Position numbers and translations under genes: made by a program
Shown here: positions 38,401 through 46,921 of the stretch, piece after piece
Layout: the number at the start of each line of letters is the position of its first letter
How positions within the stretch are numbered: position 1 is the first letter of the stretch
NCBI GenBank assembly: GCA_041648155.1
Contig: JBAZPL010000001.1
Coordinates: forward strand, 1 to 53,332
Direction: 5' to 3'
DNA length: 53,332 bases
Source: Candidatus Krumholzibacteriia bacterium
GTDB taxonomy: Bacteria; Krumholzibacteriota; Krumholzibacteriia; Krumholzibacteriales; Krumholzibacteriaceae
The notes under the pieces: model-generated
What the model saw: the letters and a program-made list of their open reading frames with translations, nothing else
What the model was told of the DNA's origin: nothing
Databases searched by the model: none

Positions 38401-39642
38401 CTACTCCTGGAGGAACAGGTGCGCGAATACCTTCGCGTCTCCCACCATGTTCTCGATGATCGTGTACTCGTTCGGCTGGTGCGCGACCTCGTCGATCTTC
38501 GACCAGACGACCGCGCCGAAGCCGTGGCGCCTGAAGAACGCCGCCACCGTGCCGCCTCCGATGCCCTTCGGCTTCGCCTTCACGCGATAGACCGCCTTGA
38601 TCGCGGCCGAAAGGGCTATGACGACCGGTGCATCGGGCGGCGTGGCCGGAGCCGCGTCCTCGCGCTGCGCCGCGTCGGTCGTGATCTTCACGCCGAACTT
38701 CTCCTCGATCTCCTTGATCATCCCCTTGATCGCGGTGTACACGGCCTCGACCTTGATCTCGGGGAGGATCCGCATGTCGATGTAGATGACGTCGTCCCCG
38801 GGGATCGTGTTGATGTTGGGGACGTTCGCCTCTTTCTTCGTCGGCTCGAAAGTGCTGATCGGCGGATCGAAAACCTTGTTCTTCTGCGGGAAGAGCTTGT
38901 AGAGCTTGTCGATCTTCGTGATGAGGTGCGCGGCCGCCCGGTGCGCGTTGATCCCCTGCTTCGGGGTCGAGGCGTGGCACTGCTTGCCCTTCGTCTCGAT
39001 CTTGAGCCAGAAGATCGACTTCTCGGCGACCTCGATCATCGTGCCGTCCGGCGCTCCGGCGTCGGGAACGACGATGAAGTCGTTCTTCTGGAAGAGGTTG
39101 CCGTGCTTTTCGAGGAGGAACTGAATGCCGTGCTTGCTCCCCGTCTCCTCGTCGGCGACGAGGATGAGGCCGACGTCATACGTGGGAACGATGCCGAGCT
39201 GGCGGAGCGCCTTCGCCGCGAAGAGCGGCGTGACGATCCCGTGCTGATTGTCCTCCACGCCGCGGCCGTATATCTTGCCCCCCTCGATTCTGACCTTGTA
39301 CGGATCGCCAGTCCACTTGTTCAGATCCCCGGGCGGGACGATGTCGAGGTGCCCCATGGCCCAGACGCGCCGGGCCGACGATTTTCCCTTCATCAGGGCG
39401 ACGAGGTTCGGCCTGACACCGGAAGGAACGGTCGGGTCGGGCGAGTCGTACTGGTCGATCTTGTCGAAAATCTTCTCGTTCTCGAGCCAGCCCTTGAAGA
39501 ACGCGGCCTTTTTCGTCTCCCCCTCGCCGTCGTTGACGGGCGCGAGCGCCGGTATGGCGGTGAGCTGCGTCTGGAGAGCGATCATCTCGTCGCGATAGGT
39601 TTCGACCTTCGCGTACACCTTCTTGAGCACCTTCGAATCCAT
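38401..39642 (-). CDS. M20-family metallopeptidase (ArgE/DapE/ACY1 type)
   Basis: 413 aa. MGHLDIVPPG (His-Asp metal ligands), GRGVEDNQHG, ADEETGS, and a dimerisation-domain insert. Confidence 0.85.
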   Translation of the reverse strand: MDSKVLKKVYAKVETYRDEMIALQTQLTAIPALAPVNDGEGETKKAAFFKGWLENEKIFDKIDQYDSPDPTVPSGVRPNLVALMKGKSSARRVWAMGHLDIVPPGDLNKWTGDPYKVRIEGGKIYGRGVEDNQHGIVTPLFAAKALRQLGIVPTYDVGLILVADEETGSKHGIQFLLEKHGNLFQKNDFIVVPDAGAPDGTMIEVAEKSIFWLKIETKGKQCHASTPKQGINAHRAAAHLITKIDKLYKLFPQKNKVFDPPISTFEPTKKEANVPNINTIPGDDVIYIDMRILPEIKVEAVYTAIKGMIKEIEEKFGVKITTDAAQREDAAPATPPDAPVVIALSAAIKAVYRVKAKPKGIGGGTVAAFFRRHGFGAVVWSKIDEVAHQPNEYTIIENMVGDAKVFAHLFLQE

Positions 39643-39861
39643 CAGTCATCCCCCTCTTCCGTAACCGGAAAACCCTTGTGGGCGCGCTCCCGAAGGGCCT
39701 TTTGGCTGGCGCGCCGCTCGTGAGGAACGACGCTAGCACCCTGCCGGGGCTCCGTCAAGGCCCAATTCGGGTTGAATCGGGTTGAATGCGGGGGCGGATC
39801 CGTCGTACCCTTGGGCGCGAGACAGTTTGGAGAAAGGGTGCTCGAAAGGAGGAGACTCGTT

Positions 39862-41547
39862 ATGACACGAGGACTGATGTTCGTCGGACTAGCGCTCCTC
39901 GCCTTCGCGGCGTGGAGCGGCTGCGCGAAAAAGGAGAAAATTATGATCGAGCCGGCGGCGGATGCGGGGAAGCGGCTCGAAGCGTATGCGACATACGACA
40001 TCGAGGTGCCATGGGAAGTCATCGGGGAGCGGAACAGGCCCGCCCTCCAGAAGCTCTACGAGGCGTCGCGGATCATGGACGAGCTGTTCGTTCGCCAGGT
40101 CTGGGCGCGGAACGTCGAGCTCCGCGACGAGATCGGCCGCCGAGGGAACCCGGAGCTCTCCCGGTTCTTCTGGCGCAACTTCGGGCCGTGGGACCGCCTC
40201 GACGACAACGCCCCCGTCCTCGTCAAGGACGCGAAGCCCGCGGGCGCGAACTTCTATCCTCCCGATATGACGAAGGAGGAGTTCGAGAACTGGGTCAAGA
40301 ATCACCCGGCGGACAAGGCGGCCTTCGAGAGCAATTTCACCGTGATCAAGCGGACGAAGGACAAAGGGCTCGAGGCCGTTCCCTATTCGAAGGAATACAC
40401 AGAGCTGCTCACGGAGGCCGCGCGCCTTCTCGACGAAGCAGCGGCGCTCGTCGACAACGAGTCGCTCGCCAACTTCCTCAAGCTCCGCGCCAAGGCGTTC
40501 CTCTCGGACGACTATTTCGAGAGCGACATGGCCTGGATGGACGTGAAGGACAACGTGATCGACATCACGATCGGTCCCTACGAGGTCTATGAGGACAACC
40601 TCTTCAATTATAAGGCCGCCTTCGAGGCATTCCTCTGCGTGCGCGATCCCGAAGAGACGAAGAAGCTCGATGGGCTCAAGGCGTACGTCTCGAAGATGGA
40701 GGCGAATCTGCCCATCCCCGATCAGTACAAGAACACGACTCGCGGGATGGAGTCGCCGCTCTCCGTCGGGGACGAGATCTTCTCCGCCGGCGACACGAAG
40801 GCGGGCGTGCAGACGATCGCCTTCAACCTGCCGAACGACGAGCGCGTGCGCGAGGCCAAGGGGAGCAAAAAGGTGATGCTCCGCAACATCTGCAAGGCCA
40901 AATTCGAGAAGATACTCATGCCGATCGCGCAGCAGGTGATTGCGCCGGAGCTTCTCCCGTACGTCACCTTCGACACCTATTTCAACGAGATCCTGCTGCA
41001 CGAGATCTCGCACGGCCTCGGCCCCGGCACGATCAAGCTCCCCGACGGCTCGACGACCACCGTCAACAAGGCGCTCCGCGAGACCTATTCGGGGATCGAA
41101 GAGGCCAAAGCCGATGTTGTGGGGGAGTACAATTTTTATTATCTTGTAAATGAAGGGTTTTTCCCCGAAGCGCTCGCGAAGGAGACGGCGGTGACCTATC
41201 TGGCCGGCTTCTTCCGGTCCGTGAGGTTCGGCGTCGGTGAGGCACACGGGAAGGCCGTGATGGCGATCTTCAACTACTTGAGGGAACGCGGCGCTTACGT
41301 CAGGGATCCGGCCACGGGGTACTGGTCGGTCGATTTCACCAAAATTCAGGATGCGGTCAAGGCGTGCGCGAGCGAGCTCCTCACGCTCGAGGCGCGCGGC
41401 GATTACGACGGGGCGAAGGCCTTTATGGAGAAATACGCCCAGATGGACCCGGAGCTCAAGGCCCAGCTCGACAATCTCAAGGGGATCCCGGTCGATATCG
41501 AGCCGAGATTCGCCATCGAAGGAGCGTTTGGCGGGACACTGAAGTAG
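39862..41547 (+). CDS. Lipoprotein zinc peptidase related to family M49 (dipeptidyl-peptidase III-like)
   Basis: Start MTRGLMFVGLALLAFAAWSGC (lipobox), with AAGGAGGAG upstream. HEISHGLG (HExxH) and a second motif EEAKADV comparable to the M49 EExxAE. The track TTG start at 39772 is unsupported. Confidence 0.7.
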   Translation: MTRGLMFVGLALLAFAAWSGCAKKEKIMIEPAADAGKRLEAYATYDIEVPWEVIGERNRPALQKLYEASRIMDELFVRQVWARNVELRDEIGRRGNPELSRFFWRNFGPWDRLDDNAPVLVKDAKPAGANFYPPDMTKEEFENWVKNHPADKAAFESNFTVIKRTKDKGLEAVPYSKEYTELLTEAARLLDEAAALVDNESLANFLKLRAKAFLSDDYFESDMAWMDVKDNVIDITIGPYEVYEDNLFNYKAAFEAFLCVRDPEETKKLDGLKAYVSKMEANLPIPDQYKNTTRGMESPLSVGDEIFSAGDTKAGVQTIAFNLPNDERVREAKGSKKVMLRNICKAKFEKILMPIAQQVIAPELLPYVTFDTYFNEILLHEISHGLGPGTIKLPDGSTTTVNKALRETYSGIEEAKADVVGEYNFYYLVNEGFFPEALAKETAVTYLAGFFRSVRFGVGEAHGKAVMAIFNYLRERGAYVRDPATGYWSVDFTKIQDAVKACASELLTLEARGDYDGAKAFMEKYAQMDPELKAQLDNLKGIPVDIEPRFAIEGAFGGTLK

Positions 41548-41783
41548 AACTTTGATGTTCCATTAGATAGCAAATGGAAACGTAGAACCCCCGGCCCCTG
41601 TATTAAGGCCGGGTGACCACCTCCGATTAAGGTCGACCTTCGTGGGGGTATGTTGACCTTTCGGTGTTGGAGGTACCCTGGGCACCCGGCCTTTATCATG
41701 CCCGCCGCGCGCTCACTTGGCGCTTGATTTCGGGGCCAAAGACCGCTAATCTATTACTCTACCATAGCGTAAGGAGGATATTG
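41548..41783 (+). promoter_or_regulatory. Structured 5' leader with mutually exclusive helices upstream of the corrinoid operon; class not recognised
   Basis: GGCCGGG(TG) at 41607..41615 can pair with CCCGGCC (41590..41596) or with CACCCGGCC (41683..41691, followed by TTTAT). Nested stems ACCTCC/GGAGGT (41619/41669) and AAGGTC/GACCTT (41629/41655). Confidence 0.3.
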
Positions 41784-42434
41784 ATGCAGGCATTCCTCGA
41801 TGGTTGCGCAAAATCGGTGCTCGAAGGGGACGCGGATGCGGCCGAGAAGCTTGCCCGCGAGGCGCTCGACAAGAAATATCCGCCGTTCGAGGTCATCGAG
41901 ATGGGTTTCGTGAAGGGAATCAAGGAGGTGGGCCGCCTCTGGGAGGATGGCACGCTTTTTCTTCCCGAGCTCGTCATGGGCGCGGAAGCGATGAAGCGCG
42001 CGATGGCCGTTCTTCATCCGGCCCTCGCGAAGAGCGGGGCGCGGCCGAAATCCCTCGGCCACGTCGTCATCGGAACGATCGAGGGGGACATTCACGATAT
42101 CGGGAAGACGCTCGTCGCGACGATGCTCTCGGCGAACGGTTTCGAGATCACCGACCTCGGCGCCGACGTCCCGGTTGTGAAATTCGTGGACGAGGTCGAG
42201 GCGCGCGGCGCGGGCTGCATCGCCGTATCGGCGCTCCTCACGACGACGATGTCGGGGCAGAGGCGCGTCGTCGATGAGCTCAAGAAACGCTCGCTCAAGG
42301 GCAAGGTGAAGGTTATGGTCGGCGGCGCTCCGTGCAGCGACGAGTGGGCGCGCGAGATCGGCGCCGACGGCTACGCCGGAGACGCGGTTGCGGCCGTTTC
42401 CCTCGCGCAGAGCCTCATGGGCTCGCGCGACTAA
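41784..42434 (+). CDS. Corrinoid (cobalamin)-binding protein, methyltransferase cognate type (B12 cap + Rossmann domains)
   Basis: MQAFLDGCAKSVLEGD..., with AAGGAGGA upstream. B12 motifs GDIHDIGK (DxHxxG), SALLTT (SxL), MVGGA (GG). Confidence 0.85.
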   Translation: MQAFLDGCAKSVLEGDADAAEKLAREALDKKYPPFEVIEMGFVKGIKEVGRLWEDGTLFLPELVMGAEAMKRAMAVLHPALAKSGARPKSLGHVVIGTIEGDIHDIGKTLVATMLSANGFEITDLGADVPVVKFVDEVEARGAGCIAVSALLTTTMSGQRRVVDELKKRSLKGKVKVMVGGAPCSDEWAREIGADGYAGDAVAAVSLAQSLMGSRD

Positions 42435-42470
42435 TATCGAACAGGCGGCACGGGAGATCCGGGGGGCGCG

Positions 42471-43376
42471 ATGCAGAAACACGATTTCCTCGAAACGATA
42501 AAGCGCAGGGTCGTCCTTTTCGACGGCGGCATGGGGAGCATGCTCATCGCCGCGGGGCTCACCCAGCGCGAGATTCCCGAGGCGTGGGTTCTCTCGAAGA
42601 GCGAGAAGATCGGCGAGGTGCACGCCGCGTATCTCGAGGCGGGCGCCGAGATCATCACGACGGCGACCTTCGGGGCGAGCCGTCTCAAGCTCGGCGCCTC
42701 CGAGGCCGGGAAGTCGCTCGACGCGGCGCGAGTGAACGAGAAGGGCGTCGAGGTCGCGCGGAAGGCGCTCGAGCGTTCGGGAAAGCGCGAGAGATTCGTC
42801 GCGGGGGACATCGGCCCGACGGGCCTCTTCTTTCCGCCCGTCGGCGCCCTCAAGGCCGACGAGGCCCGCGCGGCCTTCCGCGAGCAGGCGAAGGCGCTCG
42901 CCGCGGGCGGCGTGGATCTATTCATTATTGAGACGATGTACGATCTCCGCGAGGCCGTCGAGGCGCTGCGCGCCGTGAAGGAAGTGTCGAATCTCCCCGC
43001 CGTCGTCACGCTCACCTTCGACCGCAAGCCCCGGGGCTTTTTCACGATGATGGGGGACACGACGGACAAGGCCGTCGAAACGCTGCTCAAAGAAGGAGCG
43101 AGTGTCATAGGCGCGAACTGCACGCTCCAGAGCGGCGACATGATCGATCTTGCGGAGGAGTTCAGGTTTCTCACCGATGCGCCGCTCGCGTTTCAGCCGA
43201 ACGCGGGGCGCCCCGTTATGGAGCACGGCGTCGCCGTGTATAAGCAGCGCCCCCGGGAATTCGCTGCTGACGCGGTGAAGATCGTGGCCGCGGGGGCCAA
43301 CGCCGTGGGCGGGTGCTGCGGCACGACGCCCGAGTTCATCCGAGAGGTCCACGCGACACTCATACATGGAAAATGA
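42471..43376 (+). CDS. Homocysteine S-methyltransferase domain protein (MetH Hcy-module / BHMT family)
   Basis: 301 aa. LFDGGMGSML, IITTATFGA, FIIETM, and zinc ligands GANC and VGGCCGTTPEF. Confidence 0.85.
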   Translation: MQKHDFLETIKRRVVLFDGGMGSMLIAAGLTQREIPEAWVLSKSEKIGEVHAAYLEAGAEIITTATFGASRLKLGASEAGKSLDAARVNEKGVEVARKALERSGKRERFVAGDIGPTGLFFPPVGALKADEARAAFREQAKALAAGGVDLFIIETMYDLREAVEALRAVKEVSNLPAVVTLTFDRKPRGFFTMMGDTTDKAVETLLKEGASVIGANCTLQSGDMIDLAEEFRFLTDAPLAFQPNAGRPVMEHGVAVYKQRPREFAADAVKIVAAGANAVGGCCGTTPEFIREVHATLIHGK

Positions 43377-44017
43377 TGGAGCCTGTCGTTCTCGAAAAAT
43401 TCGACGTCGCGATAGATCCCGCGGAGGTGCGGCGCTTCCTGGGCTCCAAGGACGCGGGGAGGCCCGCTCCCGCAGGGCGCTACGACGGGATTCTGGGCGA
43501 GGCAACGGGGGCGGCGAAGCGCCTCATCGTTCCGAAAGGGATATATACATACGCCGCCGGGCGCGAGCTCCCCGGCTCGACGATTTTCGCGCACCTCGAC
43601 CGGATGGCGTTCTGCGTCTGCACAATAGGCCCCGCGCTCGAGGCCGAGGTGACGAGACTCTCGACGAGCGGCGAGCTGCTCAAGGCGGTCGTGCTCGACG
43701 CGATCGGATCGGTCGCGGCGGAATCGGCCGCGGCGCACATCGACGCGACGATCGCCGCGGAGGCGGCGCGGGAGGGGCTCAAGACGTCGTGCCGTGCGAG
43801 CCCGGGCTACGGCGACTGGGACGTGCGAGAGCAGGCGTCCATTTTCAAGCTGCTCCCCGCTGAGCGGATCGGCGTGCACCTGAGCGATACGTTCATGATG
43901 TCGCCGCGGAAGTCGGTCTCGTTCGCGATGCACGTCGCGGCGGAGCCCGGGAGGCTTCGCAGCGAGAACTCGTGCGAGAATTGCGGTCGGAAGGATTGTC
44001 GGTACCGGTTGGATTAG
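43373..44017 (+). CDS. MetH activation (reactivation, AdoMet-binding) domain-like protein with a C-terminal Cys cluster
   Basis: MMEPVVLEKFD... ATGA overlap with the upstream stop. CRASPGYGDWDV and LSDTFMMSPRKSVSFAM resemble the RxxPGY and xMxPxxSVS motifs of the MetH C-terminal domain. C-terminus CENCGRKDC. Confidence 0.7.
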   Translation: MMEPVVLEKFDVAIDPAEVRRFLGSKDAGRPAPAGRYDGILGEATGAAKRLIVPKGIYTYAAGRELPGSTIFAHLDRMAFCVCTIGPALEAEVTRLSTSGELLKAVVLDAIGSVAAESAAAHIDATIAAEAAREGLKTSCRASPGYGDWDVREQASIFKLLPAERIGVHLSDTFMMSPRKSVSFAMHVAAEPGRLRSENSCENCGRKDCRYRLD

Positions 44018-44030
44018 AGGGAGGACCGAA

Positions 44031-45503
44031 TTGGAGAAAAACATGAATCCCCGAATAACCTGGTGGACGGAGAAGGCGAGAAGAAAGATCGTCGACGAGG
44101 CGAAGCGGATCCTCGAGGAGATCGGCGTTTTCGTCGAGAACGACGAGGCGCTGCGGCTTCTCGACGGCGCGGGCGCCCGCATCGACCAAAAGAGCCGCCA
44201 GGTGCGCATCCCGGCCGGGCTCGTCGAGAAGGCCGTGGAGAGCGCGCCTTCCAGGGTATCGCTCTATAACCGCAGCGGCGAGCAGGTCATGGATCTCGGT
44301 GGGGACCGCGTGCATTTCAATCCTGGCTCGGCGGCGCTGCGCATCTACGATCCGAAGGAGAAGCGGGCGCGAACACCCATCACGGCCGACCTCGTGAAGT
44401 TCGCCACGCTCATCGACGCGCTCCCGGGCTACGCCGCGCAGAGCACGGGGCTCATCGCGGGGGACGTGCCGCAGGAGATCCAGGACCGCTACCGGCTCTT
44501 CATCGCGCTCCAGTATTCGGTGAAGCCGGTCGTGACCGGCACCTTCCTCGTCGACGCATTCAAGGTGATGCACGAGATGCTCTCGACGGTCGCCGGGGAC
44601 GCCGAGAAGCTTCGCGAGAAGCCGATGGCGATCTTCGACTGCTGCCCTTCACCCCCGCTCAAGTGGAGCGACCTCACCGCGCAGGCCCTCATCGATTGCG
44701 CGCGGACGGGAATCGTCGCCGAGCTCATTTCGATGCCGCTCACCGGTGCCACCTCGCCGGTCACCCTCGCCGGCGCTGTCGTGCAGCACTGCGCCGAATC
44801 GCTCAGCGGCGTCGTCATTCACCAGCTCGCGACGCCGGGCGCCCCGATAATCTACGGCGGATCCCCCGCGTGCTTCGACATGCGCAAGGGCACGACGCCG
44901 ATGGGCGCCATCGAGACGATGATGATCGACGGCGCCTATGCCGAGATCGGAAAGCACCTCGGGCTTCCCGTGCAGGCGTACATGGCGCTGAGCGATTCGA
45001 AGACGGTCGACTATCAGGCGGGGATGGAAAGCGCGATGGGCGCCGTGATCGCGGCGCTCTCCGGCATCAACAATATCTCCGGACCCGGCATGCTGGACTT
45101 CGAGTCGTGTCAGAGCCTCGAGAAGCTCGTTCTCGACAACGAAACCTGCGGCATGGCGCTCAGGCTCGTTGAGGGGATCGAGCTTCGCGACGACCCCATA
45201 GTTTCCCTCGACCTCATGCGCGAAGGGATCGAGCGCAAGAGCTTCCTCTCGCTCGCCCACACGATGAAATGGTTCCGCAAGGAAGTCTATTATCCCGACG
45301 AGGTGATCGATCGCAACGCCCTCGACGAGTGGCAGAAGCAGGGATCGAAGGATGCCGCGATGCGCGCCACCGAGCGCGTCGAGAAGATTCTCGCGGCGCA
45401 CAAGAGCGAGCCGCTCGATCCGGAAATCCACGCGCATCTCAAAGAGCTCATGTCGGCGGAGGCGAAGCGGTTCGGGATGAAGGATCTGCCGATTGTATCT
45501 TGA
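44031..45503 (+). CDS. MttB-family (trimethylamine methyltransferase superfamily) protein, non-pyrrolysine type
   Basis: 490 aa, uninterrupted (no in-frame TAG). My recognition of MttB-family similarity over the whole length is unverified. TTG start 7 nt after GGAGG; ATG 44043 is the alternative. Confidence 0.8.
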   Translation: MEKNMNPRITWWTEKARRKIVDEAKRILEEIGVFVENDEALRLLDGAGARIDQKSRQVRIPAGLVEKAVESAPSRVSLYNRSGEQVMDLGGDRVHFNPGSAALRIYDPKEKRARTPITADLVKFATLIDALPGYAAQSTGLIAGDVPQEIQDRYRLFIALQYSVKPVVTGTFLVDAFKVMHEMLSTVAGDAEKLREKPMAIFDCCPSPPLKWSDLTAQALIDCARTGIVAELISMPLTGATSPVTLAGAVVQHCAESLSGVVIHQLATPGAPIIYGGSPACFDMRKGTTPMGAIETMMIDGAYAEIGKHLGLPVQAYMALSDSKTVDYQAGMESAMGAVIAALSGINNISGPGMLDFESCQSLEKLVLDNETCGMALRLVEGIELRDDPIVSLDLMREGIERKSFLSLAHTMKWFRKEVYYPDEVIDRNALDEWQKQGSKDAAMRATERVEKILAAHKSEPLDPEIHAHLKELMSAEAKRFGMKDLPIVS

Positions 45504-45590
45504 CAAGCTACGCGCAGCCTGCGAATCTCGCGACAAGCGGTTGTGGGGATAGAGAAAAGGATTGGGCCGTCAAATTCGAGGAGGTGCGGC

Positions 45591-46283
45591 ATGCGTTGCC
45601 GGGATGTACTGGTCGTTGCCTTTTCTGTCGTGGCCATTGTCCTGACGTACTCGTCCCAGGGCGAGGCAATCGAAAAAAAGAAGGGGGGCTATCTCGGGAT
45701 ATATACCTATGAGAATATCGAAGGCTACCACACGGTATCGGGGGCGGCGGGCACCGAAATGACGAACGCCTTCATGCCATTTTTCGAAAAAGTCGTCGCA
45801 TTCGACAAGGTGCCGCTCACCTCGAATGAAACGGTGCGGATTCTTGAGGAAATGACGAAGGACCGAAAGATAATAGTGACTGCCATCAATTCCTGGCTTG
45901 CGGGAGGCGTTGTCTCCGCGCCGACCGTCACCATCGCTGATGACGCGATAAAGTTCAAAGATTTAACCTGGCACATTAATCAGGACTCGGTGCTGGCCGA
46001 AGCCAAGAAAAAAGGCATGACCCACGTGATCGTCGGGACGTTCACCGGCATAGAGAATCCCGTCCAAAGCGACGCCGAGGGAGCCCGCAAGCGGCTGCGT
46101 TCGGTGAACGTTCTGGGCAACCTTCGGCTCATGGACGTGGCGCGCGGGTCCGTGATCTGGGCAAAGACGTACAGGCAGGCGAAAGCCGATTTCGATTCCC
46201 GGCTTGCGTTCAATGCCGCCGTTTTGACGGTGGCGGAAACCGCGGCCAAAGAAGCAAAAGAGATTTCCGACAGGTTGAATTGA
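45591..46283 (+). CDS. Exported protein of unknown function; the C-terminal half resembles the LpoB/CsgG-type fold
   Basis: MRCRDVLVVAFSVVAIVLTYSSQGEA (signal peptide), with GAGGAGG upstream. THVIVGTFTGIE...NVLGNLRLMDVARGSVIWAK parallels KLLMAGELTSIR...KLSLKLVDTERNTITWIA in the next gene. Confidence 0.55.
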   Translation: MRCRDVLVVAFSVVAIVLTYSSQGEAIEKKKGGYLGIYTYENIEGYHTVSGAAGTEMTNAFMPFFEKVVAFDKVPLTSNETVRILEEMTKDRKIIVTAINSWLAGGVVSAPTVTIADDAIKFKDLTWHINQDSVLAEAKKKGMTHVIVGTFTGIENPVQSDAEGARKRLRSVNVLGNLRLMDVARGSVIWAKTYRQAKADFDSRLAFNAAVLTVAETAAKEAKEISDRLN

Positions 46284-46307
46284 GACCCGAGGATTGGGAG
46301 GTGCCAC

Positions 46308-46910
46308 ATGAGACTATGCGCGAGCAAGGGATCCGTACTGGGGCTCGTTATCGCGTTTCTTGTCTTGAATGGATGCGCGGGCACGTCGAAGTATCAGAGC
46401 ACGGACCAGATTGACGACTTGACGGCGGGAGTGAGCGATACGGACGTCAAGCTCCTCGCGAACAAGATTATTGCGAATCTGCTGGCCGCCGAATTTATAG
46501 GAAGATACCAGAAGCCAATCACCATTTCTCTGCTGCCGATCGTAAACAGCACATCGGAGTTCATCAACACCGACGCGCTCTTCGGCGACAAGATCACCGA
46601 AGCTATAATCAATAGCGGCGCGGGCGTGTTCGAATTCGTTGATCGGAAACTCCTTGACGAAAGCATCAAAGAGGCCGAGCTCGCGGCAGACGGGCTCATA
46701 TCTGATGCTGAAGCCACGAAGCTCGGCAGAGCCGCGGGGGTCAAGCTCCTCATGGCGGGCGAACTCACCTCGATCAGGACAAATACGCGCAGTAAGGATC
46801 AGCGCTATTACAAATTGTCCTTGAAGCTCGTGGATACCGAGCGAAATACCATCACCTGGATCGCGAACGAGGAAATCCGCAAGCTCACCACCAAAGGGTG
46901 GATGCAATAA
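46308..46910 (+). CDS. LpoB-like lipoprotein (penicillin-binding protein activator family, COG3417-like)
   Basis: Lipobox LVLNGC. LLPIVNSTSEFINTDALFGDKITEAIINSG...ATKLGRAAGVKLLMAGEL matches the E. coli LpoB pattern (VDSVNNRTNGSLN...IARNVGAHYVLY) as I recall it. Confidence 0.7.
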   Translation: MRLCASKGSVLGLVIAFLVLNGCAGTSKYQSTDQIDDLTAGVSDTDVKLLANKIIANLLAAEFIGRYQKPITISLLPIVNSTSEFINTDALFGDKITEAIINSGAGVFEFVDRKLLDESIKEAELAADGLISDAEATKLGRAAGVKLLMAGELTSIRTNTRSKDQRYYKLSLKLVDTERNTITWIANEEIRKLTTKGWMQ

Positions 46911-46921
46911 CCCGGAGGAAG

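Noticed and set aside
41548-41783. Cobalamin riboswitch upstream of the corrinoid operon
   Set aside because: This was expected from context, but I could not find the conserved GGGAA / GGTG..AA..CC / GCCACTG (B12-box) landmarks on either strand. I keep it only as an unclassified structured leader.
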